Part shown: one piece after another, positions 1 to 13,679 of the stretch
Layout: every line of letters begins with the position of its first letter
Numbering within the stretch: the stretch's first letter is position 1
The notes under the pieces: model-generated
Database searches by the model: none
The model's input: only the letters and a program-made list of their open reading frames with translations
What the model was told of the DNA's origin: nothing
Position numbers and translations under genes: made by a program
Assembly: GCA_030704615.1 (NCBI GenBank)
Contig: CM060733.1
Coordinates: 32,488,001 to 32,552,000 of the forward strand
Length of the DNA stretch: 64,000 nucleotides
Source: Takakia lepidozioides
Lineage: Eukaryota; Plantae; Bryophyta
Direction: 5' to 3'

Positions 1-199
1 TATTCTATGTTGCCAAAAAACAAGATTTAATCACCTCCAGGAAGCAATAAATGTTGCTACATGATGGGAGGATATCTCCTTGCGTCCTACCTGGAAGAAG
101 GTAGCTGACCTTGGGGCAACAACAATAGAATCTCTCATTTAGTGCCCAATTTTAGGCCAATTTTTGTGAGATTGATGCCAATGTATTCTCCATAGAGTG

Positions 200-1344
200 C
201 TTTGTGCACTTTTGTTTTGGTTGGAAATATCGCTACTAGTGAAATTTATATCTGGAACTTGCCACTACATAGTAAAATCTATTCAACTACATGACAACAT
301 GGCTTGATAGTACATCTTACTCACGAAATGCACTAGTAGTTGTACTACACGTCGGCATGGGTTGGTAATCATCTTACTCAATACTAAAATGGATAACAAG
401 ATACTTCCCCTACATAGTGATACTTTCAACTACACGTCGGCATGTGGTGAATCACTTCTCACTAAAGAGTGAAAATTCATGGTCATCAAATATTCACTAT
501 ATAATAAATCATTCCACTACACATGCATTGGTGCAATGAAATGTATTACCGCCATGTGTGCTGGTGTAGTGAAATGTATTACTGCCATGTGTAGTGGTGT
601 AGTGAAACTCATTCATTGCCACGCGTGCTACTGAAGTGAAACCACGAACCCCTACTCCCAAAAATTTGGTGGGCCCCAACATAGTGAAATATTTTCACTA
701 CCTGAAAAGACTACCCATTTTAGGGCTGTACCACACTAGCGGCAAGAGGGACAGCGGCACTCAACTTCGGACCCTCGTATTGGTTGAAGGGAGGCCAGTG
801 TGCCGCTCTCCCTACCACACTAGCGCTGCTGCCGGCGGAGAGGCGTTGACATGGCTCCGACCTGGCGCCTACATGTCACATTCCCGTGAAATACGGCTTT
901 CCAGGCAGTGTCCCCTGGAAATCCACAATTTTAGGAAGACATTTTGTCCTGGCGCGATTCTCCCGCCATCGCGAAGCTGGTCTCTCGTCTCTCCGATCCC
1001 GTCGTGCGAGGGTATCTCCTACCTGGTTATTTTTTGAATGAAAAGATAAGGTAGTTGGGATTTTTTTGCCGCCCGGCTTATGCTATAGTGTGGTAGCCTA
1101 TTCATTGCCGCTTGATGACATGGACCTATATCATCCAACAATCCCTAGCCTAGCAACGTCCACGTGCTGTTGGTGTGCCGCTAGTGTTACGGCCCTTACT
1201 TCAGATCGAGCCAGAAATGACACTTCAGATCGAGCCAGAAATGACGCGCCTAAAACGACTAGGGTGTCAGTAGTCAAACATGCCTGAAATGACTCAAAAG
1301 GTAGTGAAATGTAGTCCTAAAAACCAGATCCTGTTGTTGTAGTG
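200..1344. mobile_element. Right end of a CACTA (En/Spm) DNA transposon: terminal inverted repeat plus subterminal repeats
   Basis: Ends in ...CCTGTTGTTGTAGTG at 1344 (reverse complement CACTACAACAACAGG). Many CACTAC/GTAGTG(AAAT) short repeats in both orientations at about 230-740 and near 1300. A 24-bp tandem duplication lies at about 1198-1245. The left end was not located. Confidence 0.6.
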
Positions 1345-4300
1345 ACCTTTTCATTGCCACTCTGCAGCTGTCCAAACACCCACCCCAAATCCACCCCAAA
1401 TGCATCCATTGCCACTACAACTTGCATAGCACCCTCACCACTTGCTTACTGTTTGAAAAGACCTCACGCTCTAATCATGTTGCCGAGGGAATCTTACTGG
1501 GTATGGGGACACAGGTAAGGATCTACAAATACGCACATAATTAGAAGCGATGGCGTCTACTGGGTAAACTGAATACTAGGACCTGCAGTGGCAGTAGCAG
1601 GGAGGTAGGTAGATTGGTGGAGTCCTTAAAAGCCACTGACTGAGATGGCCAGCCTTCTGGCCACACAGACAACAGTCACACTGGTCCATTATTAGTATGA
1701 AAAACTACTATCTATTATTTCTTACCGCACCCCCTTCACAATCATGAACCCTCCACTAATCAGTGACTAACCTCCCCGGGCAGGTCGGTGGCAGGATTCA
1801 AACAATCTGGTCACCATCTCTAGAGCATCACAAGAATGTGATATTTAGGACAGGCCAGGGCGACAATAATACCCACTTGAGCTTTGACATTTGTGTAATA
1901 CTGTGTAGAGAAATGTGAGGAACGAGGACTCTGTGCATTGATGGTTGTGTTGAGTATATTGTAGACGTGCGAAGGAATATTTGTAGTACTAAAGTCTTGT
2001 GCAGCAGGCGGGCAGTACGAAATTTGTACATTGGGTCAATCATTGCTGTCTCTCTCCTGGCTTTGGCTGGCTCCCTTCTACTTTGGGATCTCTCCTTTGG
2101 GCATCTCACAACTGGAGCCCAGCTTGAAGGGTGCCTCGCGGGTGTCCCGGAACAGACTCCAGGAGGGGTGCATAGCATTGGGGAGAGAGGTGGTGCTTAG
2201 AGTTGGAGGAGCATAGTCTGTGGATGGTCCGACAAGGTGGCTTAGTTTGTCAGCGATGGCGACAAAACTCTTCAATGGTAATGGGTTCCCTTTTTTCTTG
2301 TTGTAAGCTGTTCGTGTTTCAGCTTGATAGTAGAGTAGATGCGTGAATATGTTTCGAACGGGATCACCCATCATGTGGGAATGGGAGATCTCTTATTTGA
2401 GAAGTGGGAGGTTGAATGTCTGGGTCTACTAGTCAGATACAACCGAATCTTTTATTCTGTAAGTGATCTGGATCTATTTGTTCTTTGTGCGCGAAATCAT
2501 AAGCTCACAAGTTATGAAGTACCTTGATCGAGAACGGAAGGTAGGACGAGACGGTTGCAGTGCGCTTTATCGTCGTGAGAGGAGGAAGGTGACGAAGGCC
2601 AGAAATGATTGGGCTAAGAGTGTTGGCAACATTGTTTAAAGAACAACTTCTCCGCTCATGTGTTGTTCCTTTCATCGGTTTTCCTTATAGCAAGCGAAAG
2701 ATCGTTTCACCTTCGATGTGGTGGGGGGGGGGGGGGGGTGACTGAGCAGCAGCGGGTGTAGTGCTGAGCTTTTGTGAAGTCGCCCAGCTGTCATGATTGT
2801 TAGTTCAACTCCATTAGGAACACCTGGAGTTCCAGTAAGTAGTTTTCTGGAGAGATCAGCAGACAAGCACCTCTGAAATGAGGCCTCAAGGTTTGGGACT
2901 GCTACTGTGGTTTTGTCGCCACAGCAGAGGTACCAGGGTATTGTTCACCCAGTTTTCTTTGGTGGTTTTCAATGCATCTTCTCTGAGGCTGCAACACAAA
3001 ATGTTCCAGGACCAATCAGACTGGAATTGAATGTTAACGCACACCTCTAAGTTAGATGCTCTGGCTCCAGATGTAATGATAACAGGTCTTCTTGCTACCA
3101 CAGAAAAATATGTGGGGCCCCATTGTCATCCCAGTGATGATAAAAATTGGATTCAGCGTCAGATTTATAGATATTTGAGATTTTGGATCAGGAGGATGGA
3201 AGACATTGGTAAAGGCTTCAGGGAGATGACTGCTAGTTGAGTTACCATGAGAGGGAGGGAGAGATAGGGCTTGTCTTGTCATGACAAGAAAGGCTAGACC
3301 AGACCATTTTGTCTTTTTTTCAAAAACAAAGACAAAATACAGCCTTGTTACCAAGGCACCATCACCCTTCTCCTAAACCACAGTCTTGTTCCTGATTTGT
3401 TTCACACTTCTGGGTGATTGGGGTGGGTGGTGGGGTTTGCTAGAAACCCTTCAAAAAACCACCGTTCTTCACAGTGACAGATATCATACTGAACAGCTTT
3501 CATATTCACTGTACATTCAGACTGGGATTTCCAGAAAACAGAAATTTATGCTTTTTAGCATGTGGACTAGGTCAGTGACCTCCAAGACAGCCTTAGCCTT
3601 TACTTAAGCAAACCAGTGCTTGCTTAAAACCATAGAGATCTCTGCCCACAGTAAATGTCTGAGCATAGTACTTCTCTATGAGGATAATTCGGTTTCATCA
3701 AAGTAGTGTCAACACATACTTTCCTGAAAATCACGTCAAAACTGAGACAAATCCAAGTCTTCCATCATAGCCCGAATGGGGTGTACTGCCATGTCTTAAA
3801 TCAAAACAAACACAGTATTCAAGATGAAACCACTCAGCTGGGCTGTAAACTGAGATTGATCCAAGTCAAGACGGGTCTTCAGAACCCTCTGGTATCAGAT
3901 CCAAGGGTACATTACTTCCGTAAAATACTTCCCTCACAGAAACATGAGGCCTTCGTCAAGGCAAAGCTCGGTGAGCGGTGTGCCCAACACTTTGCCTGTA
4001 GTTTCAGGTAGCCGCCATTTGTACTCAAACAACTTTTGTAAATGAGTACTAAATTGCAGGATAAGGGTTCTGAAACCCTAAATTCAAACCCACAAGGCCC
4101 TGGCCAGGGAATGAGTTTTGCAGCAAGTGTGTACTTGTCATTTTCAGGACATCTTTAGGAAAAACACTTTATTCCACCTGAAATATTCTACCCATGATTA
4201 GAGAGAGAGAGAGAGTATTGGGGGGGGGGGGGGACTTTCTGTCCCTAAATGTTTGCACATTTGTTCCAGTCTGGACTGTTTGAAACTGGTGTTATGAGAT

Positions 4301-5020
4301 GCACTAATATAACTGCCATAGTTAGACTATTTCAACGTCATTGCCTTCTCAGGTTGTAGAGCAGTGGTGTTTTGATCACTGTAGTCAGTGTACAGAGATT
4401 CACGTTTTTGTGGAAAGGTCTCTTTATTGGCAAGTGTAGCATGTGTTGAGTGGGCAGGTCTTTTGCTGATATTGCTTGTTGGTTAAGTTAATTATCAAAA
4501 CTAGGTCTATCTTGAATGCTTCCAATAATTGATTGTAGTATATCGGCTGAAAAACAGATGCTACTCTTGCTGGGTCTGAAGTATTCTAAGCGTATCCTTA
4601 ATGTCGGAGGTAGAAATAGAGTGATGTGATTCCAAGGGAATAGTTATGGGATGGTATGTTAACGGCTCTCCCCATGTGGCTTTGATGTGAGAAATTCACT
4701 GTAATCTTGCTCACAGAACCTATTATCTTATTCTTCTGCCGTATTCTTATCAACCTTATTCTTCTCATTCCCATTCTCCTCTATCATTACTGCTGTATCC
4801 CTGCTTTGATGCTGGCGAAGGGTGCCAAAAATCTGATAATGTAACCACTGGCCAATTTCTCCATGCTCTTTGACCTCAAAAACTCCGCCAGATAGGCTGC
4901 AGACCAGTAGACAACTACGGCAACAGCCACCTGACACAAAATGCTTTTCTGAAAGCTCCATTTTCACTTGGATGAAAGCTGATGGAATGTAGTTGCTTTT
5001 TGATTCTCGATTACTTGCAG

Positions 5021-8000
5021 GTGCTCTGGGTAAAGACAAACTTGGCTCACCAAAGATTCACCACTTTGACAACACAAAGCGGAAAAAGATAACATCGATT
5101 CTGGTTGTAATTAGTCTCTGCTGTTTTTTTTACATACTGGGATCCTGGCAAAATGGTGGCATTGTCTCCAACGGAGTAGTTCTCAGCAAGGATGTTCCAA
5201 TCAGCAAAGACTTTGAAACTACTACCACCCTTGATTTTTCAGCTCACCATGGCTCACCTGGCAGTGGTGGTTCCAAGAGTATTGTGTTCGCGCCTTGTGA
5301 TATGGAGTATAGTGAGTACACGCCTTGCGAAAATGCAGATCGATCACTAAAGTTCCCTCGGGATAGGCTGGCATACCGGGAACGCCATTGCCCAGAGCCA
5401 AAAGAACTTTTGCGGTGCCTGATCCCAGCACCCCCAGGCTACAAGAACCCACTTCGATGGCCTGAGAGTCGGGACTATGCGTGGTTTGCCAATACTCCCC
5501 ACAAGGAGTTGACAGTTGAGAAGGCAATCCAGAAATGGGTAGTGTATGAGGGTGAGAAACTTCGCTTCCCTGGGGGGGGTACCTTTTCAGCAGGTGGTGC
5601 TGAACAATATATTGATGATATTGCTGCACTTATTCCACTCAATGACGGCACAATCCGGACAGCAATTGATACTGGTTGTGGGGTAAGGTCCTTGTTTATG
5701 GATCAGTCCTTTCATGGTATTGTTATTTTCAATGAAAATCCGTTTGACGACTTGGTGCACACTTCAATTGAGCAACCCCCCTGAGAAGTTGCTAGAAGAA
5801 GAGATTCTGCATGTGACCATATCCACTTGTTATTTTGTGCTGTGATAGGTGTGGCTAAGTTTTGGAGTTGAAGTGGTTTATGCTGAGTTCTAATGAAACG
5901 GCATTGCCTTGCGTTTCCTTAAGAGGAGGATGCTAGGTCATGCTCCCAGTGGTATGTATACGAGTTCTGTCTAAGAGAGGCTCATGTACTCGCCTTGACT
6001 ACAACCCAGTGGATACAAAAAGGCATGTCTGTTTGTCCTAAGATTGGAAGTTGAATGTTGTGACAGGTGGCAAGCTGGGGAGCATATCTGCTGAGTAAAA
6101 ATGTATTGACTATGTCTTTTGCTCCAAGGGACACACATGTCTCACAAGTACAGTTTGCATTGGAGAGAGGGGTTCCTGCTATTCTTGGTGTCATGGCTGT
6201 ACATCGCATGCCATACCCAGCACGTGCATTTGATATGGCACATTGCTCACGCTGCCTGATTCCTTGGACTGGCTATGGTAAGGATATTGGCAATCCAATT
6301 CGGTGTTAAGATGGCTGGGAAACTTTACTTTCTCGTGGCAAAAAAATATACGATGGTTGTCATTGTTATTTATCCTCTTATGGATAAGCCTTTTGGGACT
6401 CTAAGTTGACATCGATTTGTTGGTCTTCCGAACTTCAGAAACTTGGACGAAGGGGTGGACTTATCCAGTTATGTTACCTAGTGAGGATTCCAAAATTCAC
6501 GGTTTTCAAACACAACCTAAAGTTCTGTGTAGGGCTTGCATTGGTGTACCCCATTGCCAAGATAAGGAGGGGCTGTGGGCTATGGAAAGTAGCCTGTTTG
6601 CAGGTCAATGCAGGACTAATGGACTGCTACTACATGTATGTTTCTGACTACCAATTACCACCATAGAGGTGTGATTGACCCTTTCGGTGGGCCACTGACA
6701 GCGGGAGCTCTTAATCCCTCCAACTTTGAGGTTAGAATCTGATGAGACCAGGGACAGAGAATAGTGTTGGAATAAAGTCTGAAGTTCTTTGAACTTGTAT
6801 TAGTACTTGTCAAAGGATCCACACTAGCTGCCACAGCAATGAGTCCACTAATTGGAGACTGGATATTTACAAAAGCAGGAAACCCAAGATATCTGATGGA
6901 GTCCTCTTTTTGTTGTGTACAGACAACATCTACTTGATTGAAGTTGACCGCGTGTTGAGGCCTGGTGGGTACTGGATTCTTTCGGGCCCTCCAGTGAACT
7001 GGAGGAATCATTACAGGGGTTGGAATCGGACTAAAGCAGATCTCAAGGCTGAGCAAGATGCAATCGAGGATGGTGCTCGCCGTCTGTGCTGGAAGAAAGT
7101 TGAAGAGAAGGACAATCTGGCTATCTGGCAAAAACCTTGGAATCACATTGATTGTGAGCAAGCTCGCAGACGCGACACGTCAGTGTTGCCTCACATCTGC
7201 AGCAAATCGGAGAACCCTGATAGTGCCTGGTTTATCTCTTGCTCCCTTTTCCTTTCTTCCCCGACATTCACAAGTTGTCGATGTGGATCAAAGAAACTGC
7301 AGTGTGTGTTGACTAGTGCGGATGGTCTTGGTCTAGGAATTCTGATGTTCGAAGGGTATTTTTCTGAGCGTGAAGGTGGCTGGCTTGGTTTTTTGTCTTT
7401 AGGCATGTAAGGAGTTCCTGTCTGTGGTAATGTGTGCCTATCTGCTGTTTGTCCAATGTCCCAGTCCTACTCTTTCCACAAATGTTACTCCCAGCACTCC
7501 TGTTTTACTCTTACACTTGTGATTCAGTTCCAACTTGACAATTTGATTTTTTTTCTGTCTCTTCAAACAGGTACCGCAAAATGGAAACGTGCATCACTCC
7601 ACTACCTGTGGCCGAAGACAGGGAAGAAGTGTCTGGCGGGGGATTGGCCAAATGGCCGGCCCGATTGACAGCTATTCCTCCTCGAATTGCCAGCGGTTCT
7701 CTTCCTGGAATCACTGCAGAGACTTTCAACGCAGACACTGAACTGTGGGTTGAACGAGTGGGTTACTACAAGGAACATTTGGTTGGTCCCCTGGCACAAG
7801 GGAGATATCGGAACATAATGGACATGAATGCCGGCCTTGGAGGCTTTGCTGCTGCTCTCACCGAGGATCCTGTGTGGGTCATGAATGCGATGCCTCCTGA
7901 GTCCAAGGACAACACTCTGGGTGTCATTTACGAGCGGGGTCTTATTGGGACCTACCAGAACTGGTTCGTTTATTTCTTGCCACTGATGGTTTTGTAAGCG

Positions 8001-9168
8001 TTGCAGATGGAATTAGCAGTGGGAGAATGGACTGGCAGATCGGAAACAGATCAGTAGAAAGAACCGGTGATTATCGTTTTAGCTGTTAGCTTGAACAATG
8101 AGAAGCTGGAGGTCATCTTACTGTCCATTCTGATTGGGTCATAGTTTTATTCACCCTTGCCGCATTTGGACTCGGGCATTGTTCTGACGTTGCAACATCT
8201 GAGGCAAGTCTTTAAATGATTATAGGTGTCTCCCTTAAAGATAATAAGAATTGGTTTGTTTCCTGCTTACACTCAGTCTGACAACCTCCTCTAGGGAGGT
8301 TATTAGTATTGCAAATCTGTGAACAGGTCAACCTTGCTTTCTTCAGCCCCTGAAAGAAACCTCTCTGAAATGACTTTGACACGTGAAAATGGAAATCTGT
8401 CTGAAGGAGTACATATCGTTTCTGAAGTTGGTAAGCTACAAATCTCTTTCCTTGTACACAGAGGGCCTTCTGTTTGGAAATGGATATAAATGTATCTGAT
8501 ATGTGCTATTATTGGGAATCCTGACTTGGGGCAGGTGTGAGGCGTTCTCTACATATCCCAGGACTTACGACCTCATCCATGCAAATGGTATCTTCAGCAT
8601 GTACCAGGATCGGTAAGTTTGCAATGGTTGATTCTACTGTAAGCAACTCAATGACAGAACTGTCGCTCTTCTTGAGATGGCTAACCCTCAATCTGTGCAG
8701 TTGTGTGGATTTGGAAAGGGGAGAACAAAGGATGGAGGACCTTCTAATGGCCAAAGACCTCAACCAAATTGTTGTTAGACATTTCTGAAGGGGCAGCAAC
8801 AGCTCATGGTCATTGTATGCTACTCAGAATTTTTTTCCAAGGAGATGTTTGTCTGAAAATTTAGGTTTTGACTTCGGCTTGTAGTCACAGCTCTAACATT
8901 GGTGGTGTGGCATTCATTGGACAGGTGTGACATTGTGGATATCCTGCTGGAGATGGACCGAATCTTACGGCCAGAAGGTGCTGTCCTTATCCGAGACGAA
9001 GTGGATGTGCTGAACAAGGTGATGCTTATCACACAAGGCATGCGTTGGGAGACTCGCCTGGCAGACCACGAGAGTGGTCCTTTTAACCGCGAAAAGATAT
9101 TGGTTGGAGTCAAATCATACTGGGTTGGAAGCAATGCATCCTCAAACTCATCCGATGTATCAACATAA
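5021..9168 (+). CDS. PMT: Probable methyltransferase, PMT17/18-like (DUF248 / Methyltransf_29, type II membrane protein). Exons about 5021-5682, 6067-6277, 6923-7229, 7571-7963, 8535-8612, 8925-9168
   Basis: Motifs [26 protein letters not shown]|[72 protein letters not shown]. All introns are GT-AG with compatible phases. There is no ATG before the N-terminal TM helix in the first exon found (see findings). Confidence 0.95.
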
Positions 9169-9944
9169 CAGCAGACCAGTCTTCAATATATGGTGGATTT
9201 ATTCGTTCCTTAGGAGGATCTCTGACATTAGTGAAGAGTTGTTTTGGTATCTTGCAAGCCCTGCTTTACAATGAAGGGTTGATTGCACCAGGTAAAAGAG
9301 GGTGGATAGAAATGAGCCTCAGATTGCAGATGGGGTTCGAAGTTAATTTGATCTTTTCAGTTTCTGAAAAGCATTCAGTGGCTTGGAAGCCAGATTTATT
9401 TGTCAATTAATTAGAAACAAATTGTTTCGTGTAACTAGTAGTAACCCCCTCTTGTTTGTCTGGTGTCTGGCTGGAGGGGATACTCGGAGGGCAATTGTTT
9501 GAAATTCAAGCTAGTTCTCCTGAGGCTAACTCATTTGTAGCACTGTGGATTGGGACCAATTTGTCACGTTGAATTTCATCACAGGATTACTCAACAGCTC
9601 AACAGCTGAAAGGTCTGTATGATGAGGAGAACACAAAGCTTAGACCTTTTTCAGGTGCTCGCTTGAAGGGCAACAGTCCAAACTCGTTAGTAAACATTTC
9701 ATGTGTGCACTGGTGACTTGTGATGTAAACAGTGTTGGTTTCTCCAGATGTCTGGTAGGATTTGGCCATGTCCCCCTGAGATGGTCTAAAAGTTGTGGTT
9801 GCAGGAGCTCTGCAATGAGGAGCCATTTGGTACGTGTCATTCTCTCTCTTTTAACGCTTCTTCCCTATCATTTCTAACGCATCAATATATGAAGCAAGGT
9901 AGTTGTTTGTTTGTTTGTTTGTAGCGTTGAGATCTCTCAAACCG

Positions 9945-10330
9945 CGGGGCCCCAGCCCTTGTGCTTGGTAACATTGGAAAGCCCTCGATAAGGAGGGGCT
10001 TGGTCTCATAATTTTTGGACCTGCAGTGTGGGAGATGTGGAATTTCAAGTACTTCTGGTAGCCGGAAATTGGTGAAAAATAGCAAAGTGGGCTTTCCTGG
10101 AACATTTGTGCCCGCGGACAGAAATGTAAATTGAGCTTTTTTGAAATATTGTTTGTAGCTTGGTTGAGTTATCCGGACACACGTGGGCCCCAGACCTGGG
10201 GCTTGGTACGGTTGGAAAGCCTACGATGAGGAGACTTATCTCATAATTTTTCGAGGGGGGAGATATGGAATTTCAAGTACTTTTGGTCGATGGAAATTCG
10301 TGAAAAATAGCGAAGTGGGCTTTGTAGAAC
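9945..10330. repeat. Two diverged direct copies of a roughly 150-bp unit (about 240-bp period), probably a TE remnant
   Basis: GGGCCCCAG...TTGGAAAGCC...TCTCATAATTTTT...GGAATTTCAAGTACTT...GTGAAAAATAGC.AAGTGGGCTTT occurs at about 9947-10095 and about 10185-10323. Confidence 0.7.
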
Positions 10331-10599
10331 AAATGATGATTGGCCTGAGACTTATGGAATTATAAACAATTTTGGTTGCTGAAAATTCAACTTTCTCACA
10401 AAATCAAGTGTTTTTTAAAAAATATATATATAACAGGGGACAGAGGCCCTGGATGAAACTTTATTGAAGATTATTGAAAGGGAAAAAAATTAAAACCCAT
10501 TTATTTCCTGTAGGCAGCTATAAGGCTTGAACACTGTCCTTGTTGGATAACTCTTGAACACCATGGACTTTAAAAACGGATTGCCTCCTGAGGACGAAA

Positions 10600-13260
10600 T
10601 GTTACCATAACGGAAGATGAGATGTTACCATAACGGAATGCCTAAGTACCTTGGAATGGATACCATGCGAAGAACCGAACGAGAGAAGGGAGCCTTAGGA
10701 AAAGAGGGGCAGGGCGAACAAAACGGAGCGACGGGTAGAGAGAGAGAGATATATGGAAGCATGAACAGTAATATGGGCGAGAGGGGAGGAGTGGAGAGAG
10801 ATCTATAGGAGGAGGAGGGGAGATAAGCCACAAAGAGAAGGAGTATAAAGACCAAGAGATTCATCTATGGAAGTGGAGCCTGGCTGCTGAGAAGGGCTTG
10901 ACGTGCTTCCAGTTAACATCATATCTCTCAAATTCCGGGGAAGCCAAAGAGGTGACATCTGTGTCCCTGCCAACAGGGGATTTTGTCTGCCCTTAAACAG
11001 GTGAGATCATGAGCGCAGCTACAAATGATCCCATGCTTACCCCATGTTGCTCGGAAGGAATGGAGAAGGGAGTGTTGTCTCTCTGGTTTCTTGGCGACCG
11101 CTACACATAGCAAAACCCAAGCCTTTTTAGCAGCCACAATCAAATCAAAGAAAACCAATGTAAGAATAGACGTTGCAAAGGTATTATCGCCGTGGAGGGC
11201 CAATGCACATCTCTACCTTTCCATTGATTCCAGAGAACCGAACATCTAAGGGTCTCAAAGACAGGGCAGTTTGAGGTCTTGGTTTTCCCTCCTTGATTAT
11301 AATTGAGGAGGATAGCCAGAGAGCCGAAGGGCATGTGCTCCCATGTCCTGTAGAATTCTTGTATTAGGGGCCAGATGAGCCGGGGTGCCAGGCAGTGGAG
11401 CAAACAGTGCTCAAGGGATTCTATGGTTTGGATAGTACAACATTGACATAGAAAGGCTTTAGGAAAATTTAGATATTGGCCCACCTTAAGAACCCTATTA
11501 GCCACTTGCCAGAGAAAGGCACTAATCTTAGTTGGTACTTTAGCTTTTTCCCAGACCAAGGACCAGATCCCTTTCCAATTTTCCTCTCTAAAGTTTTCGT
11601 GACTCCACTTGTCATCCCATTTTGTGGTGAGGGGGGTAGCCCCTAGCAATGCCCTGTAACCTCTCTTGGTTGAGTAAGCAAAGAGGGGGTGGATGTCATC
11701 CCCGAACTTCCGAGTCCACTCTGCCGGGTCTAAATGCAGTGATGAGATGCCAAAGAAACCTATGAGGGTGAAAGGGCCTTTTGCCAGCCAGGCAATAACG
11801 GATGTCCCTCTGGGAGCAGTGGGGTTGAAGAGTTTTTCCGGGGTAGACCAGTGGCAGATGCAGATAGGGGTGGCAGTGGTAGATGGGAGAGCAATGGCAT
11901 CCGAGGCAATAAGAGATAGATTCCCGGAAAGTTCATCTGCCTTGAAACCAAAGCCTAAGATAGTGGTTTGGGGGACCTCGGAAATGTACAGAACCAGAAT
12001 GGAGGGGGACACCCGGATAACCCACTGGTGGGCCTTGAGTTCGGCATGGCCATCTTTGAGAATCAGCTTCCAAGAGTCAAAGATGGATTGGATAATATGA
12101 GATATACCTGAGCGGAGGCGGTTAGTCCCTAGAGCAAGCTGAAGGGAGAGGGGAGTGCTTTCCTACAAATGATTAACCATGTAGAAGCCCCTAGTTTCCC
12201 AGGCTGCCCATTTCCTAGCGTAAGCACGTTCAACCATAGAAGGGTAGGGATTATTAAGAAATAGGTATTGTCTCAGTGTTTCCTGAAATGTAGTTGGCTC
12301 CTATTTTCTTAGGAATGGCCTGAGGCAATTCCATGATCTCCAGATAGAAGACTAGAGAAGTGAGCCTGGGAATTTGTGATTAAATCCTTGCACTATCCAA
12401 CGCTCAGAAGCAGGCCAGTGAACATGTTGGAGGGATGAGGATGAGTGAATTGTGGTGGAGACCATCATCTTCCACCGACCCCCTTCTGGCCCAATGTATC
12501 TAGGAAGCCACTTCCCTAGGAGAGCTGTGATTTGTGTTTCAGGGTCTAAGACTTCCAAACCACCCATTCTTTTGGGCAGATACCCTAGTAAGCGAGTTGA
12601 CGCTTTAGATTAAGAATCGTAGGCTCCAATCTTTGGTCTTCTGAGAAGTTAATGCCAAATGTGTGACCGAGCAGGGTGGTGGGCTCTCCCTCTTCGAGCC
12701 AAACAAGTCCCAGGTGACCCCCCCAAGAGGGGAAGGATCCAATGTCGGATCTAGAGAGGTCTCCCAAAAGCAAAGCTTTAGTTTTGGACCAATTAACCTT
12801 GAACCGTGAGAGGGTGTATTCAGCTGCTGCTAGAGAGGATTGACTTGCTTTCAGTAGTAAGGTGTCGTCTACGAACATGGATTCTTTAACCTCTCTGCAG
12901 AGCTGGGTTTTGGGGTTTCTCAGCTTTAGGCCTTTTACCTGCGGGTTGTCTTGGAGCATATAGCCTAGAGCATCAGCCACAAAGAGGAAGATGAAGGGTG
13001 CCAAAGGACACCCCTGCCTAACCGACCGTTGTAGCGGGAAGGGCTTGGAGAGGTGCCCATTAACTAGGACTCTGTTGTTGGCCCCCTGCAATAGAATTTG
13101 GACCCACTGGCAGAATCCAGGCGGGAGACCTGATTTCTTGAGAACAGCCATAAAAAATGACCAATCAACCCTGTCGAATGTTTTTTCAAAGTCGAGGATC
13201 CAAAGAGCTAGAGCCTGACCCAAACTGCTGGCGAAGTTTGAAGCCTCCTAGGCCAAGTGT
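10600..13260 (-). mobile_element. 5'-truncated, degenerate L1/Tx1-type LINE ORF2 (reverse transcriptase plus zf-RVT)
   Basis: 12585-13223: LDFEKTFDRVDW, RSVRQGCPLAP, FVDDT, KVNWSKT. 12352-12567: GGLEVLD. 11140-12012: W..IW...VPTKISAFLWQ, CQCC...ESLEHCLLHC. Frameshifts separate the segments. Confidence 0.9.
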
Positions 13261-13379
13261 TGAAATGAAAGTGTTGATAAAATATAAATGTAGAATATAA
13301 AAGCAAAACATTTCATTTGTTTTACCTCAATAGAAAATAATAATGCAAGGAACAAATGTGAAAAAAATAAAGTTGAATG

Positions 13380-13560
13380 TGATGGAACTTCTAGAGGGAT
13401 CCAACCGAATATAATGGAAGTTAATGTGATAAAACTGCAAGGAACTGCTATAATGGAGTTGGAGGGAACTGAATATAATGGAACTCATTGTTGTGATAAA
13501 ACTGAGAGGAAGTGAATATAATGGAACTGAAGGGATAAATATAAAGGGAACTGAACACAA
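13380..13560. repeat. AT-rich degenerate minisatellite (AATATAATGGAACT-like units)
   Basis: Recurrent (GA)ATATAATGGAA(CT) and GTGATAAAACTG motifs. Confidence 0.5.
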
Positions 13561-13679
13561 TAGAATTCAATGTGATATATAACAATCCAGCCTGCTCTAG
13601 CACGTAAGTACTCTATGGTACAGGCATCTGCCACTCAATGAAACAAGTGGAGGCTAGAACGGTGTGTTACATCAAAACC

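Noticed and set aside
1490-4000. Several 60-130 aa ORFs upstream of the PMT gene
   Set aside because: No recognisable domain or consistent exon structure. Probably decayed repeats or intron/UTR sequence.
2721-4233. Long G homopolymers (about 2721-2738 and 4220-4233) as G-quadruplex elements
   Set aside because: Simple repeats with no further supporting context.
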